DNA of 64,000 bases from a virus. The notes below the pieces were generated by a model. It was not told the DNA's origin and searched no databases. It saw only the letters and a list, made by a program, of their open reading frames with translations. Every line of letters begins with the position of its first letter. Position 1 is the stretch's first letter. The position numbers were made by a program, and so were the translations under genes. The stretch spans positions 1 to 64,000 of the IMG/VR virus record IMGVR_UViG_3300005532_000006; one strand, given 5' to 3'. Shown here piece after piece: positions 1 to 8,519 of the stretch.

Positions 1-1290
1 GACGACGCGGAAGTTGGTTCCATCCGATTGCAGCTGCAGATACTCGTAGTTGCCGGCGCCCAGGCTGACGGAAGACAAGGCCCTGCCGCCCGAAAGGATC
101 GAGCCGCTCGGCGCGGTGACGGTTATGCCCTTGCCGTTGTCGGTCGCGAAACCCATCCACCAGCCGGCGCCGACCGCCGCCGGGTCGGGGAGTGTCACCG
201 CCAGCGAGGCGCCGGGCGCGTTGTAGCTCGACACCGCCGTGCCGGTATCGAGACCGACGGCGGTGTAACTCGCGGCCGCCGGGAAGACCCATTGGGCCGC
301 CGATCCGCCGATGACCGACATCCCGACCGACTGCGGCCCCCGATTGACGACGGCCCCGCCGTAATTCGGGTTGATCAGCACGTTGCCGCTGCTCGCCGTC
401 GCGTTCACCGCGGTGGGGCAGTTGAAGTAGGGCGAGACGAACGTGTTGAGGCCGTTATGGGCGAAGGTGATTGCGAGGCAGGTCGGCGAGGCCTCGAAAT
501 CGAACGCGAACACCGTGTTGGAAAAGTTGTAGCCGTTTTCGAGGAGGAGCGAGGCGCCGCCGGTGCCGGAGGCCGAGCCGGCGCCGGCGATGCGGCTGAA
601 TTGCGTCTGCTCCAGAGCCAGGCCGGCGGCGCCGCCGGCCGAGTCGCAAACGGCGTAGATCTCGCTGTCGAGCACATAGTTCAGCTGGCAAGCGCCAGCG
701 CGAGCGGCGGTGCTGGCGTTGTTCACGACGAGGTGGTCGAGCTTCAGCGAGTTGTGCGCGTCGGAGAAGTCGCTCATGCCGATGACGACGGCGTAGCCGG
801 GCGTGTCGGCATTCACGAACAGCGTGCCCTCCTCCTTGAAGTAGAAGCAGTTCGCAGGCGCGGTCGGGGTGCCGCCGGAGCATTTGACCTGCAGCACCGG
901 CCCGCCGGCGATCGCGCGCCCGTCCAGGACCGCCCCTTCCGAGAGGAGGCGGAAGCCGCTGCCGGACTGGCCGGCGTAGTCGATCGTGAGCGGTGCCATC
1001 AGCTTGTATTTCCCCGCCGGGATGTGGAGCGGGTAGTTGCCAGCGACCGCGGCGGCGATCGTCGTCGAGAAAGCGGCGGTGTCGTCGTGGCTGTCGTCGC
1101 CGACCGCACCGTTGCATTTCACATCGATCCAGGGATGGCCGGAGCAGATCAAGGCGTCGCCGTTCAGGGTCGCGGTGCCCGAAGCCTGCAAGGTCGTGAA
1201 ATTGCCGGGCGACTGCGCCGTCGCCGCGAAGGCCACAAGGCAGCCCGCGAGCAGCGCCGCCAGTTCCAGGATGCGGTCGAGCCAGCGCAT
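1..1290 (-). CDS. Secreted/tailspike-like protein with pectate-lyase-3-type N-terminal domain (runs off the left edge)
   Basis: Hand translation from ATG at 1290: MRWLDRILELAALLAGCLVAFAATAQS...WIDVKCNGAVGDDSHDDTAAF...LHIPAGKY, a GAxGDG..DDT beta-helix start motif. Absent from the ORF track, presumably because its stop lies outside the window. Confidence 0.7.
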   Translation of the reverse strand, partial: MRWLDRILELAALLAGCLVAFAATAQSPGNFTTLQASGTATLNGDALICSGHPWIDVKCNGAVGDDSHDDTAAFSTTIAAAVAGNYPLHIPAGKYKLMAPLTIDYAGQSGSGFRLLSEGAVLDGRAIAGGPVLQVKCSGGTPTAPANCFYFKEEGTLFVNADTPGYAVVIGMSDFSDAHNSLKLDHLVVNNASTAARAGACQLNYVLDSEIYAVCDSAGGAAGLALEQTQFSRIAGAGSASGTGGASLLLENGYNFSNTVFAFDFEASPTCLAITFAHNGLNTFVSPYFNCPTAVNATASSGNVLINPNYGGAVVNRGPQSVGMSVIGGSAAQWVFPAAASYTAVGLDTGTAVSSYNAPGASLAVTLPDPAAVGAGWWMGFATDNGKGITVTAPSGSILSGGRALSSVSLGAGNYEYLQLQSDGTNFRVV

Positions 1291-1292
1291 CG

Positions 1293-1733
1293 TCACCACC
1301 GCCGCGCGGCGAAGGCCTGGCCCGTCGTCGCGCCGTAGAGGCTGACAGGGCCGGCCGGCTTGTAGCCGGGGGCGGTGACAAACATGCCGCCGTTGGCCGC
1401 GATCTGCAGGCTCGCGCCGCCGGCCGACGCAGCGCCGACATCGGAGATCCACAGCGCCGCCGAGGAATTGTTCTGCACCAGGAAGCCTGTCGGCGGCACC
1501 GCGCCGCCGAACAGCGTCTGCGCCGCGCCGCCGGCCGCGACCGTGCCGCTGCCATCCGCCGCTGGCGCGACCGTGGTCGGCACCACCGGCAGCGGGTTCT
1601 GCGGCCCGACCGGCGCCGCGACGCCCGCCGTCACGGAGCCGGCGGCGTGCAGCGGCACGAGGTTGCCGTTGGCATCGGCGACGGTGGCGAGCGCCTGCAC
1701 CGTCGTGTTGGCATCCTTCACCAGAAGACTCAT
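1293..1733 (-). CDS. Hypothetical phage-like protein (MSLLVKDANTT...)
   Basis: C-terminal part of ORF 1293..2321; its ATG overlaps the terL stop. Confidence 0.7.
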   Translation of the reverse strand: MSLLVKDANTTVQALATVADANGNLVPLHAAGSVTAGVAAPVGPQNPLPVVPTTVAPAADGSGTVAAGGAAQTLFGGAVPPTGFLVQNNSSAALWISDVGAASAGGASLQIAANGGMFVTAPGYKPAGPVSLYGATTGQAFAARRW

Positions 1734-3067
1734 CGGCCCTCTCCTTTCCCGGCGAGCTGGCGGTAGACCTCGAAAATCCCCTCGCCGCCTTTCGGCTCGA
1801 CCAGCAGTTCGGTCAGGGCCCAGACCAGCGCATCGACCCGATCGGGCGAAAACCCCGCCTCGGCCGGGTCGAAATCGCTGGAAAAGGCGCACATCTGGTC
1901 TTCGAGGGCAGGCATCGCGCCGACATGGTGAACGCGGCCTTGTTCGTAGAGCGCCGCCACCGGCTCGGCGCGTGCGACCTTGCCGCGCGAGGCGCGAACC
2001 GCGGCGAAGGCGACGTTCGGGTCGATCATCCGCAAGGTTGCCTCGACCATCTCGCCGCCGTTGTTGACCTCGCCGACGATGCGGTCGGCGCCGTGGGCGC
2101 GATAGGCGGCAATCGCCGTCTTCGCCCATTCCGGCGGCGAATACCGCCCCGAGGCGTCGGCGAGGACGTAGGCCGCGCCCGAGCCGTCCTTGCCGGCGAC
2201 CACGATGCCGGTCTCGTCGGCGTCCTCGCCGCTGCTGACCGCCGGGTCGATCGCGACGACGACCCTCGTCAGCTCCGGCGCCGCCGCGACGCGCGCCGCG
2301 TCGATGACGCCGTGGCTCCACAACGCCCCCGGCACGTCCTCGAGGATTTCCGCCTCGAGCTCCTGGCGGCCGAGGCGCGTGCCGGCGTAGCGGCGGACGA
2401 TCTGCGACAGGAAAGCGGGCGCGAGATTGGCGCGGTTTTCATCCGTCGAGCCGCGGATTACGACTACGGTCGGATCGGCGACGAGCGCGCGAATCAGCTT
2501 CGTCGGCCGCGGCGTCGTCGTTACGACGGCGCGCGGGTCCTGCCCGAGGCGCAGCCCCATCATCAGCATGTCCCACGCTTCAGGGTAGCGCCACGCCGCC
2601 AGCTCATCGCACCAGGCGAGGTCGTGCTGCGGGCCGCGCAGCCGTTCCGGCTCGTCGGCGCTGTAGGTCGTCGCGATCGCGCCGCTCTGCCACGTGATCC
2701 GCCGTTTCGACGGCTCGTAAAGCGGCCGATCCCACGGCGGCGCAATGGCGAGGATGCCGCTTTCGCCCTCGACGATGACGTCGCGCGCATCGGCGGCGGT
2801 CGGCGCCACAAGCGCGACCCGCACCGCACGGCCCGCCCCGACTTCGGCGCGGACGAACTCGGCGCCGGTGCGGGTCTTGCCGAAGCCGCGGCCGGCCAGC
2901 AGCAGCCAGATGCGCCAGTCCCCCTCGGGAGCCAGCTGGCTCGCGCGCGCCCAGAAGCGCCAGTTATGGTTGAGGTGCTTGCATTGCTCCTGCGTGAGGC
3001 CCGCCAGCAGGTTACTCCGCAGCGCCTCCGGCAGCGAGGCGAGCCAGGCGGCGTGCAAGGACCTCAC
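1730..3067 (-). CDS. terL: Terminase large subunit (second element)
   Basis: Walker A AGRGFGKT, Walker B AWCDE, coupling motif TTTP, RNase H-like VVAIDP and PDRVDALVWA. Confidence 0.93.
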   Translation of the reverse strand: MRSLHAAWLASLPEALRSNLLAGLTQEQCKHLNHNWRFWARASQLAPEGDWRIWLLLAGRGFGKTRTGAEFVRAEVGAGRAVRVALVAPTAADARDVIVEGESGILAIAPPWDRPLYEPSKRRITWQSGAIATTYSADEPERLRGPQHDLAWCDELAAWRYPEAWDMLMMGLRLGQDPRAVVTTTPRPTKLIRALVADPTVVVIRGSTDENRANLAPAFLSQIVRRYAGTRLGRQELEAEILEDVPGALWSHGVIDAARVAAAPELTRVVVAIDPAVSSGEDADETGIVVAGKDGSGAAYVLADASGRYSPPEWAKTAIAAYRAHGADRIVGEVNNGGEMVEATLRMIDPNVAFAAVRASRGKVARAEPVAALYEQGRVHHVGAMPALEDQMCAFSSDFDPAEAGFSPDRVDALVWALTELLVEPKGGEGIFEVYRQLAGKGEGR

Positions 3068-3345
3068 GCGCGTCCTCCGCAGGGTCGGGCCGGTCGGGTT
3101 CGTTGGGCCGGCGCGCCGGCGGGTTCAAGAGGCCGAGGTGGCGGGTCAGCGCGTCGAGCGCCGCCTTCTTGTCGTGCAGCTTGACCCGCGGCCCGGAGGC
3201 GCCGCTGCCCGGCACAATCTCGGAGATCGCCGCCGCCTCGGCGTCGCTCAGGTCCTCGGGCCGTTTCAGCACGAACCCATCGGGCCCCCAGTCGGCCACG
3301 CGGCGCAGATCGGCGAAGGCGATGCGGGCGTATTCCTGCAATATG
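3012..3345 (-). pseudogene. terS: 5'-truncated terminase small subunit
   Basis: LQEYARIAFAD...VKLHDKKAALDALTRHLG is the C-terminal half of a terS; the N-terminal HTH part is missing; lies directly upstream of terL. Confidence 0.7.
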
Positions 3346-3441
3346 CAACAGCCCCGCAACCGCAATGGCTTACGATGCGCTTTCCGTCATCTTTTCCGTC
3401 GTTTGTTCTTGGGGCGTGCCAACGTGAGGCGGCCTGAGCCT

Positions 3442-3663
3442 CTAACGACGGCGCTTGGCCCTGCGCAGCGCGATGCTTTTCTCGGCAGGGGGCTTCGGCG
3501 CCGGCAGCGGCTCGACCTCCGCCTCGGGCGGACACAGCTTGCGCATGATCGCCCGGAGCTGCGCGACGCGCGGAGACAGCGGGTAACGATCGGCGTCGAT
3601 GATGCGGCGGAGCGTCTCCGCCAGCACCGCGCACTCTTGCTCGGTGAGGTTCGGGCTTGCCAT
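3442..3663 (-). CDS. Small hypothetical protein
   Basis: 73-aa ORF, LRRIIDADRYPLSPRV motif, normal composition. Confidence 0.6.
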   Translation of the reverse strand: MASPNLTEQECAVLAETLRRIIDADRYPLSPRVAQLRAIMRKLCPPEAEVEPLPAPKPPAEKSIALRRAKRRR

Positions 3664-3710
3664 ATCGGCGATATGGTCAGATGCGGCGAGATAGCGAGTC
3701 GGCAGGACCG

Positions 3711-3914
3711 ATGACCCTGGGCCATGCGGTGCGGGCGCAGGTCCGGCTCATCGTGTGGTGCAAGGCATGCGGCCGCCAAGCCGAACCCGACGTCGCCGCC
3801 GCGGCGTCCACACATGGCGAGGCGTTGCCGGTTCAGGATTGGGCCGCGCGTCTCGTCTGCACAACCTGCGGCAGCCGATCAGCAGATTTTGTCGTCAGCG
3901 GCGCCCGAAAATGA
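3711..3914 (+). CDS. Small Zn-ribbon hypothetical protein
   Basis: WCKACG...LVCTTCGSR, two CxxC pairs. Confidence 0.65.
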   Translation: MTLGHAVRAQVRLIVWCKACGRQAEPDVAAAASTHGEALPVQDWAARLVCTTCGSRSADFVVSGARK

Positions 3915-3929
3915 CGGCTTGCCTCAGGA

Positions 3930-4559
3930 TCACGCCTGCAGTTCGGCAGACCAGTAGAGCCAGCCGCCGAAATCGTCCTTGATGTCGGCCGGCAGGAACT
4001 CGAGCCCGGCCCGGAGCAATTCCGCTCGGCTCGGCCGCCGCGGCGGCCTCAGTGGGCGCATCTGCCCCGCCGACGGCTTGCCTTTGCGGCCGGAGTAGTT
4101 CGGCAGGCTGTTGGCCTTCAGCGCGTTGCACCGCAGGCAGGCCGTGACGATGTTCTCCCACACGGTTTTGCCGCCGCGGGAGCGGGGGGTCACGTGGTCG
4201 TACGTCAATTCCGGCGACGGGAAGCGCTTGCCGCAGTAGCAGCAGGCCATCCGATCCCGCAGCAGGATGTTGCGGCGGCAGAACTTGACCTCACCCGAGA
4301 TCGGCGCGTACTCGCGCAGCATGATCACCTTCGGGATCGCGATCGTCGTCGAGGGCGACCGGAAGAACGCGTCCTCCCAAGTGTCGACGATCGAAGCCCG
4401 ATCGCGCCAGATCGCCGATACGGCGTCTTGTGCTGGGATGATGCTCAGCGGGAACGTGCTGAGCGGATTGCCGTCGGCGTTGAGCACGAGACAACGATGC
4501 TCGGCCGGGCGCAGCGATCTTCGCTGGTGGTGCTCGGAAAGCCGAGCGGCGGCGGTCAT
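3930..4559 (-). CDS. HNH endonuclease (McrA-like), last gene of the tRNA operon
   Basis: RRNILLRDRMACCYCG...TYDHVTPRSRGGKTVWENIVTACLRCNALK; SD-like GGGAGG before the ATG at 4559. Confidence 0.92.
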   Translation of the reverse strand: MTAAARLSEHHQRRSLRPAEHRCLVLNADGNPLSTFPLSIIPAQDAVSAIWRDRASIVDTWEDAFFRSPSTTIAIPKVIMLREYAPISGEVKFCRRNILLRDRMACCYCGKRFPSPELTYDHVTPRSRGGKTVWENIVTACLRCNALKANSLPNYSGRKGKPSAGQMRPLRPPRRPSRAELLRAGLEFLPADIKDDFGGWLYWSAELQA

Positions 4560-4581
4560 GTCGGCCTCCCTTGTGACGGTA

Positions 4582-4655
4582 TGGAGCTGACGGTCGGGAT
4601 CGAACCGACATCGGCGCATTACGAGTGCGCTGCACTGCCCTTGTGCTACGCCAGC
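4582..4655 (-). tRNA. tRNA-Thr(CGT)
   Basis: Cloverleaf, anticodon loop CTCGTAA, CCA end. Confidence 0.9.
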
Positions 4656-4660
4656 ATATC

Positions 4661-4734
4661 TGGTGCGGGCAGAGGGAATCGAACCCTCGTCAACGGCTTA
4701 AAAGGCCGTAGCTTGTCCTTCCAGCTATACCCGC
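4661..4734 (-). tRNA. tRNA-Lys(TTT)
   Basis: Loop CTTTTAA, TTCGA T-loop, CCA. Confidence 0.9.
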
Positions 4735-4738
4735 GGAG

Positions 4739-4815
4739 TGGTGCGCGACCCGAAACTCGAACTCGGAACATCCGGAATTTGAAGCCGGTGCCTCTGCCAG
4801 TTGGGCTAGTCGCGC
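4739..4815 (-). tRNA. tRNA-Leu(CAA), short variable region
   Basis: Loop TTCAAAT, A73, CCA. Confidence 0.8.
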
Positions 4816-4819
4816 GGGA

Positions 4820-4895
4820 TGGGGCGCCCGGTGAGGATCGAACTCACAATCTCCCGGTTCGGAGCCGGGTGCACGGTCCATCGTGCTGCGAGCGC
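4820..4895 (-). tRNA. tRNA-Arg(CCG)
   Basis: Loop CTCCGAA, CCA. Confidence 0.9.
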
Positions 4896-4899
4896 GTGA

Positions 4900-4974
4900 T
4901 GACGAGCCTGCGAGGAATCGAACCCCGATCCGCCGGGTAGAAGCCGGCTGCACTGTCCATTGTGCTACAGGCCC
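4900..4974 (-). tRNA. tRNA-Arg(TCT)
   Basis: Loop CTTCTAC; 3' end GTCA (CCA not encoded). Confidence 0.85.
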
Positions 4975-4981
4975 GTGAGGT

Positions 4982-5053
4982 TGGCGCCCCGCCGAGGAGT
5001 CGAACCCCGCGTCCCGGGTTCGTAGCCCAGGCCCCAGATCCGCTGGGCGAGGC
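4982..5053 (-). tRNA. tRNA-Arg(ACG)
   Basis: Loop CTACGAA, CCA, reduced D-arm. Confidence 0.82.
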
Positions 5054-5062
5054 GAAAGGAAT

Positions 5063-5136
5063 TGGCCGCGCAGACGGGATTTGAACCCGCGTTTCCCTGT
5101 TTGAAGGACAGGTGTCCTGCCTTAGACGACCGCGCG
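5063..5136 (-). tRNA. tRNA-Glu(TTC)
   Basis: Loop CCTTCAA (C33), CCA. Confidence 0.85.
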
Positions 5137-5137
5137 A

Positions 5138-5212
5138 TGGTAGGCCCGGCCGGTAACGCTCCGGCACCTCCGCCGTGTCGAGGCGGCGCACAACCTTCTA
5201 TGCGACGGGCCT
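5138..5212 (-). tRNA. tRNA-Val(GAC)
   Basis: Loop TCGACAC (C33), atypical T-loop AGCGTTA, CCA. Confidence 0.78.
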
Positions 5213-5286
5213 GTACCCGGTAGAGGATTCGCACCCCTGCTGACGCGGTGTGTAGGACCGCCGCTCTGCTGCTGAGCTAACCGGGC
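5213..5286 (-). tRNA. tRNA-Val(TAC)
   Basis: Loop CCTACAC (C33); abuts tRNA-Val(GAC); CCA incomplete. Confidence 0.78.
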
Positions 5287-5291
5287 GATGA

Positions 5292-5369
5292 TGGTCGGGG
5301 CGGGCGGATTTGAACCGCCGGTCTCCTGCTTCCGAAGCAGGCACTTTGGCCAGGCTAAGCTACGCCCCG
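5292..5369 (-). tRNA. tRNA-Pro(CGG)
   Basis: CGGGGCG acceptor, loop TTCGGAA, CCA. Confidence 0.92.
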
Positions 5370-5441
5370 TGGCGCCGACACTCGGAATCGAACCGAGGCT
5401 CCTGCCTTTAGGAGAGGCGGGCGCGATCCGTCGCTGTCGGC
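5370..5441 (-). tRNA. tRNA-Arg(CCT)
   Basis: Loop CTCCTAA, CCA, short D-arm. Confidence 0.78.
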
Positions 5442-5447
5442 CGGAAA

Positions 5448-5523
5448 TGGTCCGGAAGGAGGGACTCGAACCCCCGATATCCTCGCTCCAAACGAGGCGG
5501 TCTAGCCGCTGACCTACTCCCGG
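5448..5523 (-). tRNA. tRNA-Pro(TGG)
   Basis: Loop TTTGGAG, CCA. Confidence 0.9.
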
Positions 5524-5524
5524 C

Positions 5525-6763
5525 TTATCCTTTTACGCACAACACTTGACGAAGCTGGTGCACGATATCGACCAGATCGGCCTGTGCCGCCATCACCGTA
5601 TCGATATCCTTGTACGCCATTGGCGTCTCATCAATGACGCCCTCATCCTTGCGACACTCGACGCCGGCGGTTGCACGAACGTGATCATCGAGCGTGAACA
5701 GCTTCTTGGCCTCAGAACGGCTCATCTTCCGGCCAGCGCCGTGCGAGCATGACATGAAGCTGTCGGGATTGCCCTTGCCGCGCACGATGTAAGAGCGCGC
5801 ACCCATCGAACCGGGAATGATGCCGAGGTCGCCCTCGCGCGCCCTCACGGCGCCCTTGCGTGTGAGCAGCACATTCTGGCCGAAATGGTTTTCGCGGGCG
5901 ACGTAGTTGTGATGGCAATTGACCGCTTCTTCGTTCCACGTGATTCCGGGCTTGCCGAGCGCGCCGACAACCGCGCGCAGAGTCGCATCGAGCATGACGC
6001 GGCGGTTCTCGACCGCAAAATCCTGCGCCCAACTCACCGCTTGCATGTAGTCGTCAAATGCTTCGCTGCCTTCCGGCAGATAGGCCAAATCTTGGTCCGG
6101 CAGGTTAATGAACCAGCGCTTCATGTCGGCCTTGGCGCGGTCGATGAAAAAGCTGCCGATGGCATTGCCGATGCCGCGCGAACCCGAGTGCAGCATGATC
6201 CAGACGCGCTGTTCCTCATCTAGGCAGACCTCGATGAAGTGGTTGCCGGTGCCGAGCGTGCCGAGATGGTGCGGAGCACGCGCCGAGGCTCGCGTAAGTT
6301 TTGGATGCTTCTCGACGATCGCAGCCAGCCTTGCGGCGAGCGACTGGTTGCCGTGCTTGCCGATCATGTAGAGCACGTTCGCCGGCAATTCGCCCCACGC
6401 GCCGCGGTCGTTGATGCCGCCGTTATCGGTGCGGCCGTGCGGCACCGACGCCTCGATCGCGGCACGCATCGGCGCGAGGTTGTCGGGCAAGTCCGAGGCG
6501 GTCAGCGACAGCCGCGCCGCCACCATGCCGCAACCGATATCGACCCCGACCGCAGCCGGGATAATCGCGCCCTTCGTCGCGATAACCGAGCCGACCGTCG
6601 CGCCCATCCCCCAATGCACATCCGGCATCGCGGCGACATGCTTGTAAATGAACGGCAGCCCCGCGACGTTGCGGAGTTGATCAATGGCCATGCGCTCGAC
6701 CGGGACATCTTTCGTCCACATTTTGATCGGCTTCCCGGCGTCCGCGATTACCTCGTAAGACAC
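5525..6763 (-). CDS. rtcB: RtcB family RNA ligase (tRNA repair/splicing)
   Basis: MPDVH, VGVDIGCGM, GTLGTGNHFIE, HSGSRG, NCHHNY, RKGA, IIPGSMG and SCSHGAGR motifs. Confidence 0.97.
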   Translation of the reverse strand: MSYEVIADAGKPIKMWTKDVPVERMAIDQLRNVAGLPFIYKHVAAMPDVHWGMGATVGSVIATKGAIIPAAVGVDIGCGMVAARLSLTASDLPDNLAPMRAAIEASVPHGRTDNGGINDRGAWGELPANVLYMIGKHGNQSLAARLAAIVEKHPKLTRASARAPHHLGTLGTGNHFIEVCLDEEQRVWIMLHSGSRGIGNAIGSFFIDRAKADMKRWFINLPDQDLAYLPEGSEAFDDYMQAVSWAQDFAVENRRVMLDATLRAVVGALGKPGITWNEEAVNCHHNYVARENHFGQNVLLTRKGAVRAREGDLGIIPGSMGARSYIVRGKGNPDSFMSCSHGAGRKMSRSEAKKLFTLDDHVRATAGVECRKDEGVIDETPMAYKDIDTVMAAQADLVDIVHQLRQVLCVKG

Positions 6764-6789
6764 AGGCCTATCTCCTCGGGAAGTTGATA

Positions 6790-6863
6790 TGGCGCTCGCA
6801 GGCGGGATCGAACCGCCGTTCCGGCATCGACAGTGCCGTGTCCTGCCATTGAACGATGCGAGC
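6790..6863 (-). tRNA. tRNA-Asp(GTC)
   Basis: Loop CTGTCGA, G73, CCA. Confidence 0.88.
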
Positions 6864-6939
6864 TCTTGAGGGTGCCGCGGGCGCCTGCTCTTGGACCTAT
6901 GGCGCCGGCGCGGCGCGCCCGATCGTCACCGGGCGGTTC

Positions 6940-7013
6940 TGGTAGGGCCGTGCGGAGTTGAACCGCATCCTGCCGGTTAAGAGCCGGCTGCTCGACCGAT
7001 GAGCTACGACCCC
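6940..7013 (-). tRNA. tRNA-Lys(CTT)
   Basis: Loop CTCTTAA, CCA. Confidence 0.9.
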
Positions 7014-7017
7014 AAGC

Positions 7018-7093
7018 TGGTACTCCTGGCCTGTGCTGCCCAGGCATCTCGCGCTTATCGGGCGCGCGTTCTCGGCTGTTGAACTACAGGAGC
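7018..7093 (-). tRNA. tRNA-Ile(GAT)
   Basis: Loop CCGATAA (C33), T-loop GGCAGCA, CCA. Confidence 0.8.
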
Positions 7094-7100
7094 ATTTTGG

Positions 7101-7184
7101 TGGTGCGGAGGTGTGGTGCTGCCCCACTCCCCGAAGGACGGGTTTTACAGACCCGCTGCCGGAAGCTGCCGGCTTTCCCTCCGC
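7101..7184 (-). tRNA. tRNA-Tyr(GTA)
   Basis: Loop CTGTAAA, variable arm, T-loop GGCAGCA, CCA. Confidence 0.8.
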
Positions 7185-7190
7185 AATGAT

Positions 7191-7265
7191 TGGTGCTGAC
7201 GAGTGGACTTGAACCACTGACCTTCCCCTTACCAAGGGGATGCACCGCCGCTGTGCTACGTCAGC
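7191..7265 (-). tRNA. tRNA-Thr(GGT)
   Basis: Loop TTGGTAA, CCA. Confidence 0.92.
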
Positions 7266-7268
7266 AGA

Positions 7269-7356
7269 TGGAGGAAGGTGGAGGCATCGAACCTCTGTCG
7301 CAGAGCGACACTATGGTTTAGCAAACCATTCGGGGGAGCCTACCCCAGCACCTTCC
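7269..7356 (-). tRNA. tRNA-Ser(GCT)
   Basis: Loop TTGCTAA, long variable arm, CCA. Confidence 0.88.
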
Positions 7357-7426
7357 GTCGTCCCTTCCTGGTGTATCGCTTGCCGCACGACACGACCTTG
7401 TGGCCGAGCCGGCGCAACGCACGAGC

Positions 7427-7514
7427 TGGCGGAGAGCGAGGTACTCGAAACCCAGTCCGTGAGGACCCATCCCGCTTCGAACGGGCGGTGGTGCGCCTGC
7501 CCACTTCACTCTCC
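7427..7514 (-). tRNA. tRNA-Ser(CGA)
   Basis: GGAGAG acceptor, loop TTCGAAG, long variable arm. Confidence 0.88.
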
Positions 7515-7519
7515 AAGAT

Positions 7520-7607
7520 TGGCGGAGCGTGATCGCATCGAACGATCGCCGCAGTTGCGGCGCTGCCGTTTTCAAAACGGTGCGGGGAGCCAACCCCAGC
7601 ACGCTCC
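7520..7607 (-). tRNA. tRNA-Ser(TGA)
   Basis: Loop TTTGAAA, long variable arm, G73, CCA. Confidence 0.88.
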
Positions 7608-7609
7608 AG

Positions 7610-7696
7610 TGGAGGATGGCGTCGCTGCCGACGCGAACACCTTGCGGTGCCAACCGCTTTCCAAGCGGCGCCGGAGGCCGCTCCGGTTCACCATCC
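7610..7696 (-). tRNA. tRNA-Ser(GGA)
   Basis: Loop TTGGAAA, long variable arm, T-loop GTCGGCA. Confidence 0.82.
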
Positions 7697-7702
7697 CAAA
7701 AC

Positions 7703-7781
7703 TGGTACCCCACCGCGGATTCGAACCGCGAACCTCCGCCTTCTGAGGGCGGCGCCTCTGCCGGAGTTGGGCTAGTGGGGC
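7703..7781 (-). tRNA. tRNA-Leu(CAG), short variable region
   Basis: Loop CTCAGAA, A73, CCA. Confidence 0.88.
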
Positions 7782-7783
7782 GC

Positions 7784-7861
7784 TGGTACGCGCGGCCGGA
7801 TTCGAACCGGCACTGCCGAGCGCCTCGGGCTCGTGCCTCCTACCGATTGGGCTACGCGCGC
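7784..7861 (-). tRNA. tRNA-Leu(GAG), short variable region
   Basis: Loop CCGAGGC (C33), A73, CCA. Confidence 0.82.
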
Positions 7862-7868
7862 TTGATCT

Positions 7869-7951
7869 TGGTGCGGGCGACAGGAGTTGCACCTGCACGC
7901 TTGCGGCGGCGGGGTTTAAGCCCGCTGTGTCTGCTGTTCCACCACGCCCGC
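7869..7951 (-). tRNA. tRNA-Leu(TAA)
   Basis: Loop CTTAAAC, variable arm, CCA. Confidence 0.87.
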
Positions 7952-7958
7952 GAGAAAG

Positions 7959-8033
7959 TGGTCGCCCCGAGGGGTGTTGATCCCCTACCTCCCGGATGAG
8001 GGCCGGGTATCCAGACCGCTAGACGACGGGGCG
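7959..8033 (-). tRNA. tRNA-Glu(CTC)
   Basis: Loop CCCTCAT (C33), GTCTAGCGG D-arm, CCA. Confidence 0.83.
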
Positions 8034-8040
8034 CTGGATT

Positions 8041-8112
8041 TGGAAGCCCGCCTCGGGGTCGAACCGAGCCGCACGGCTTCAAAGGCCGCGATACCCTCCT
8101 GGGCCACGGGCC
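8041..8112 (-). tRNA. tRNA-Gln(TTG)
   Basis: Loop CTTTGAA, CCA, degenerate D-arm. Confidence 0.78.
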
Positions 8113-8121
8113 ATGAGTGAA

Positions 8122-8196
8122 TGGAAGCGAACCGGGGAGTCGAACCCACGATTTGCGCGTTCAGAGCGCGCCGTCCTGCCGTTGAACGAGTTCGCC
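8122..8196 (-). tRNA. tRNA-Gln(CTG)
   Basis: Loop CTCTGAA, CCA. Confidence 0.87.
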
Positions 8197-8197
8197 G

Positions 8198-8273
8198 TGG
8201 TGCCGCGGCTCGGACTTGCACCGAGGGCCAATCGCTTACAAGGCGATTGCTCTGCTGCTGAGCTACGCGCGGC
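8198..8273 (-). tRNA. tRNA-Thr(TGT)
   Basis: Loop CTTGTAA, CCA. Confidence 0.87.
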
Positions 8274-8274
8274 T

Positions 8275-8350
8275 TGGGGCGGCGCGCGGGTGCTGGCCCC
8301 GCTTCTTCCCCTCCACAGGGGGACGTGTCCGCTGGTCCACCAGCGCCGCC
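8275..8350 (-). tRNA. tRNA-His(GTG)
   Basis: Loop CTGTGGA, G-1:C73 present, T-loop GCCAGCA. Confidence 0.82.
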
Positions 8351-8360
8351 ACGATGCGAA

Positions 8361-8436
8361 TGGAGTTGCCGGTCGGAGTTGCACCGACATAAGACCCGCT
8401 TTGCAGGCGAGCGCCTCGCTGTTCGGCCACGGCAAC
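8361..8436 (-). tRNA. tRNA-Cys(GCA)
   Basis: Loop CTGCAAA, U73, CCA. Confidence 0.88.
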
Positions 8437-8440
8437 AAAT

Positions 8441-8513
8441 TGGCACCGGCGGAGCAGAATCGAACTCTCCTTCGCGGGTTTGGAGTCCGCGTTGTTCACC
8501 AGAACACGCCCGT
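8441..8513 (-). tRNA. tRNA-Trp(CCA)
   Basis: Loop CTCCAAA, G73, CCA. Confidence 0.85.
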
Positions 8514-8519
8514 ATGAAA

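Noticed and set aside
4739-4815. Reading this tRNA as a TCA (Sec/opal suppressor) tRNA
   Set aside because: Stem register centres the loop on CAA; there is no Sec-type long arm or extended acceptor stem
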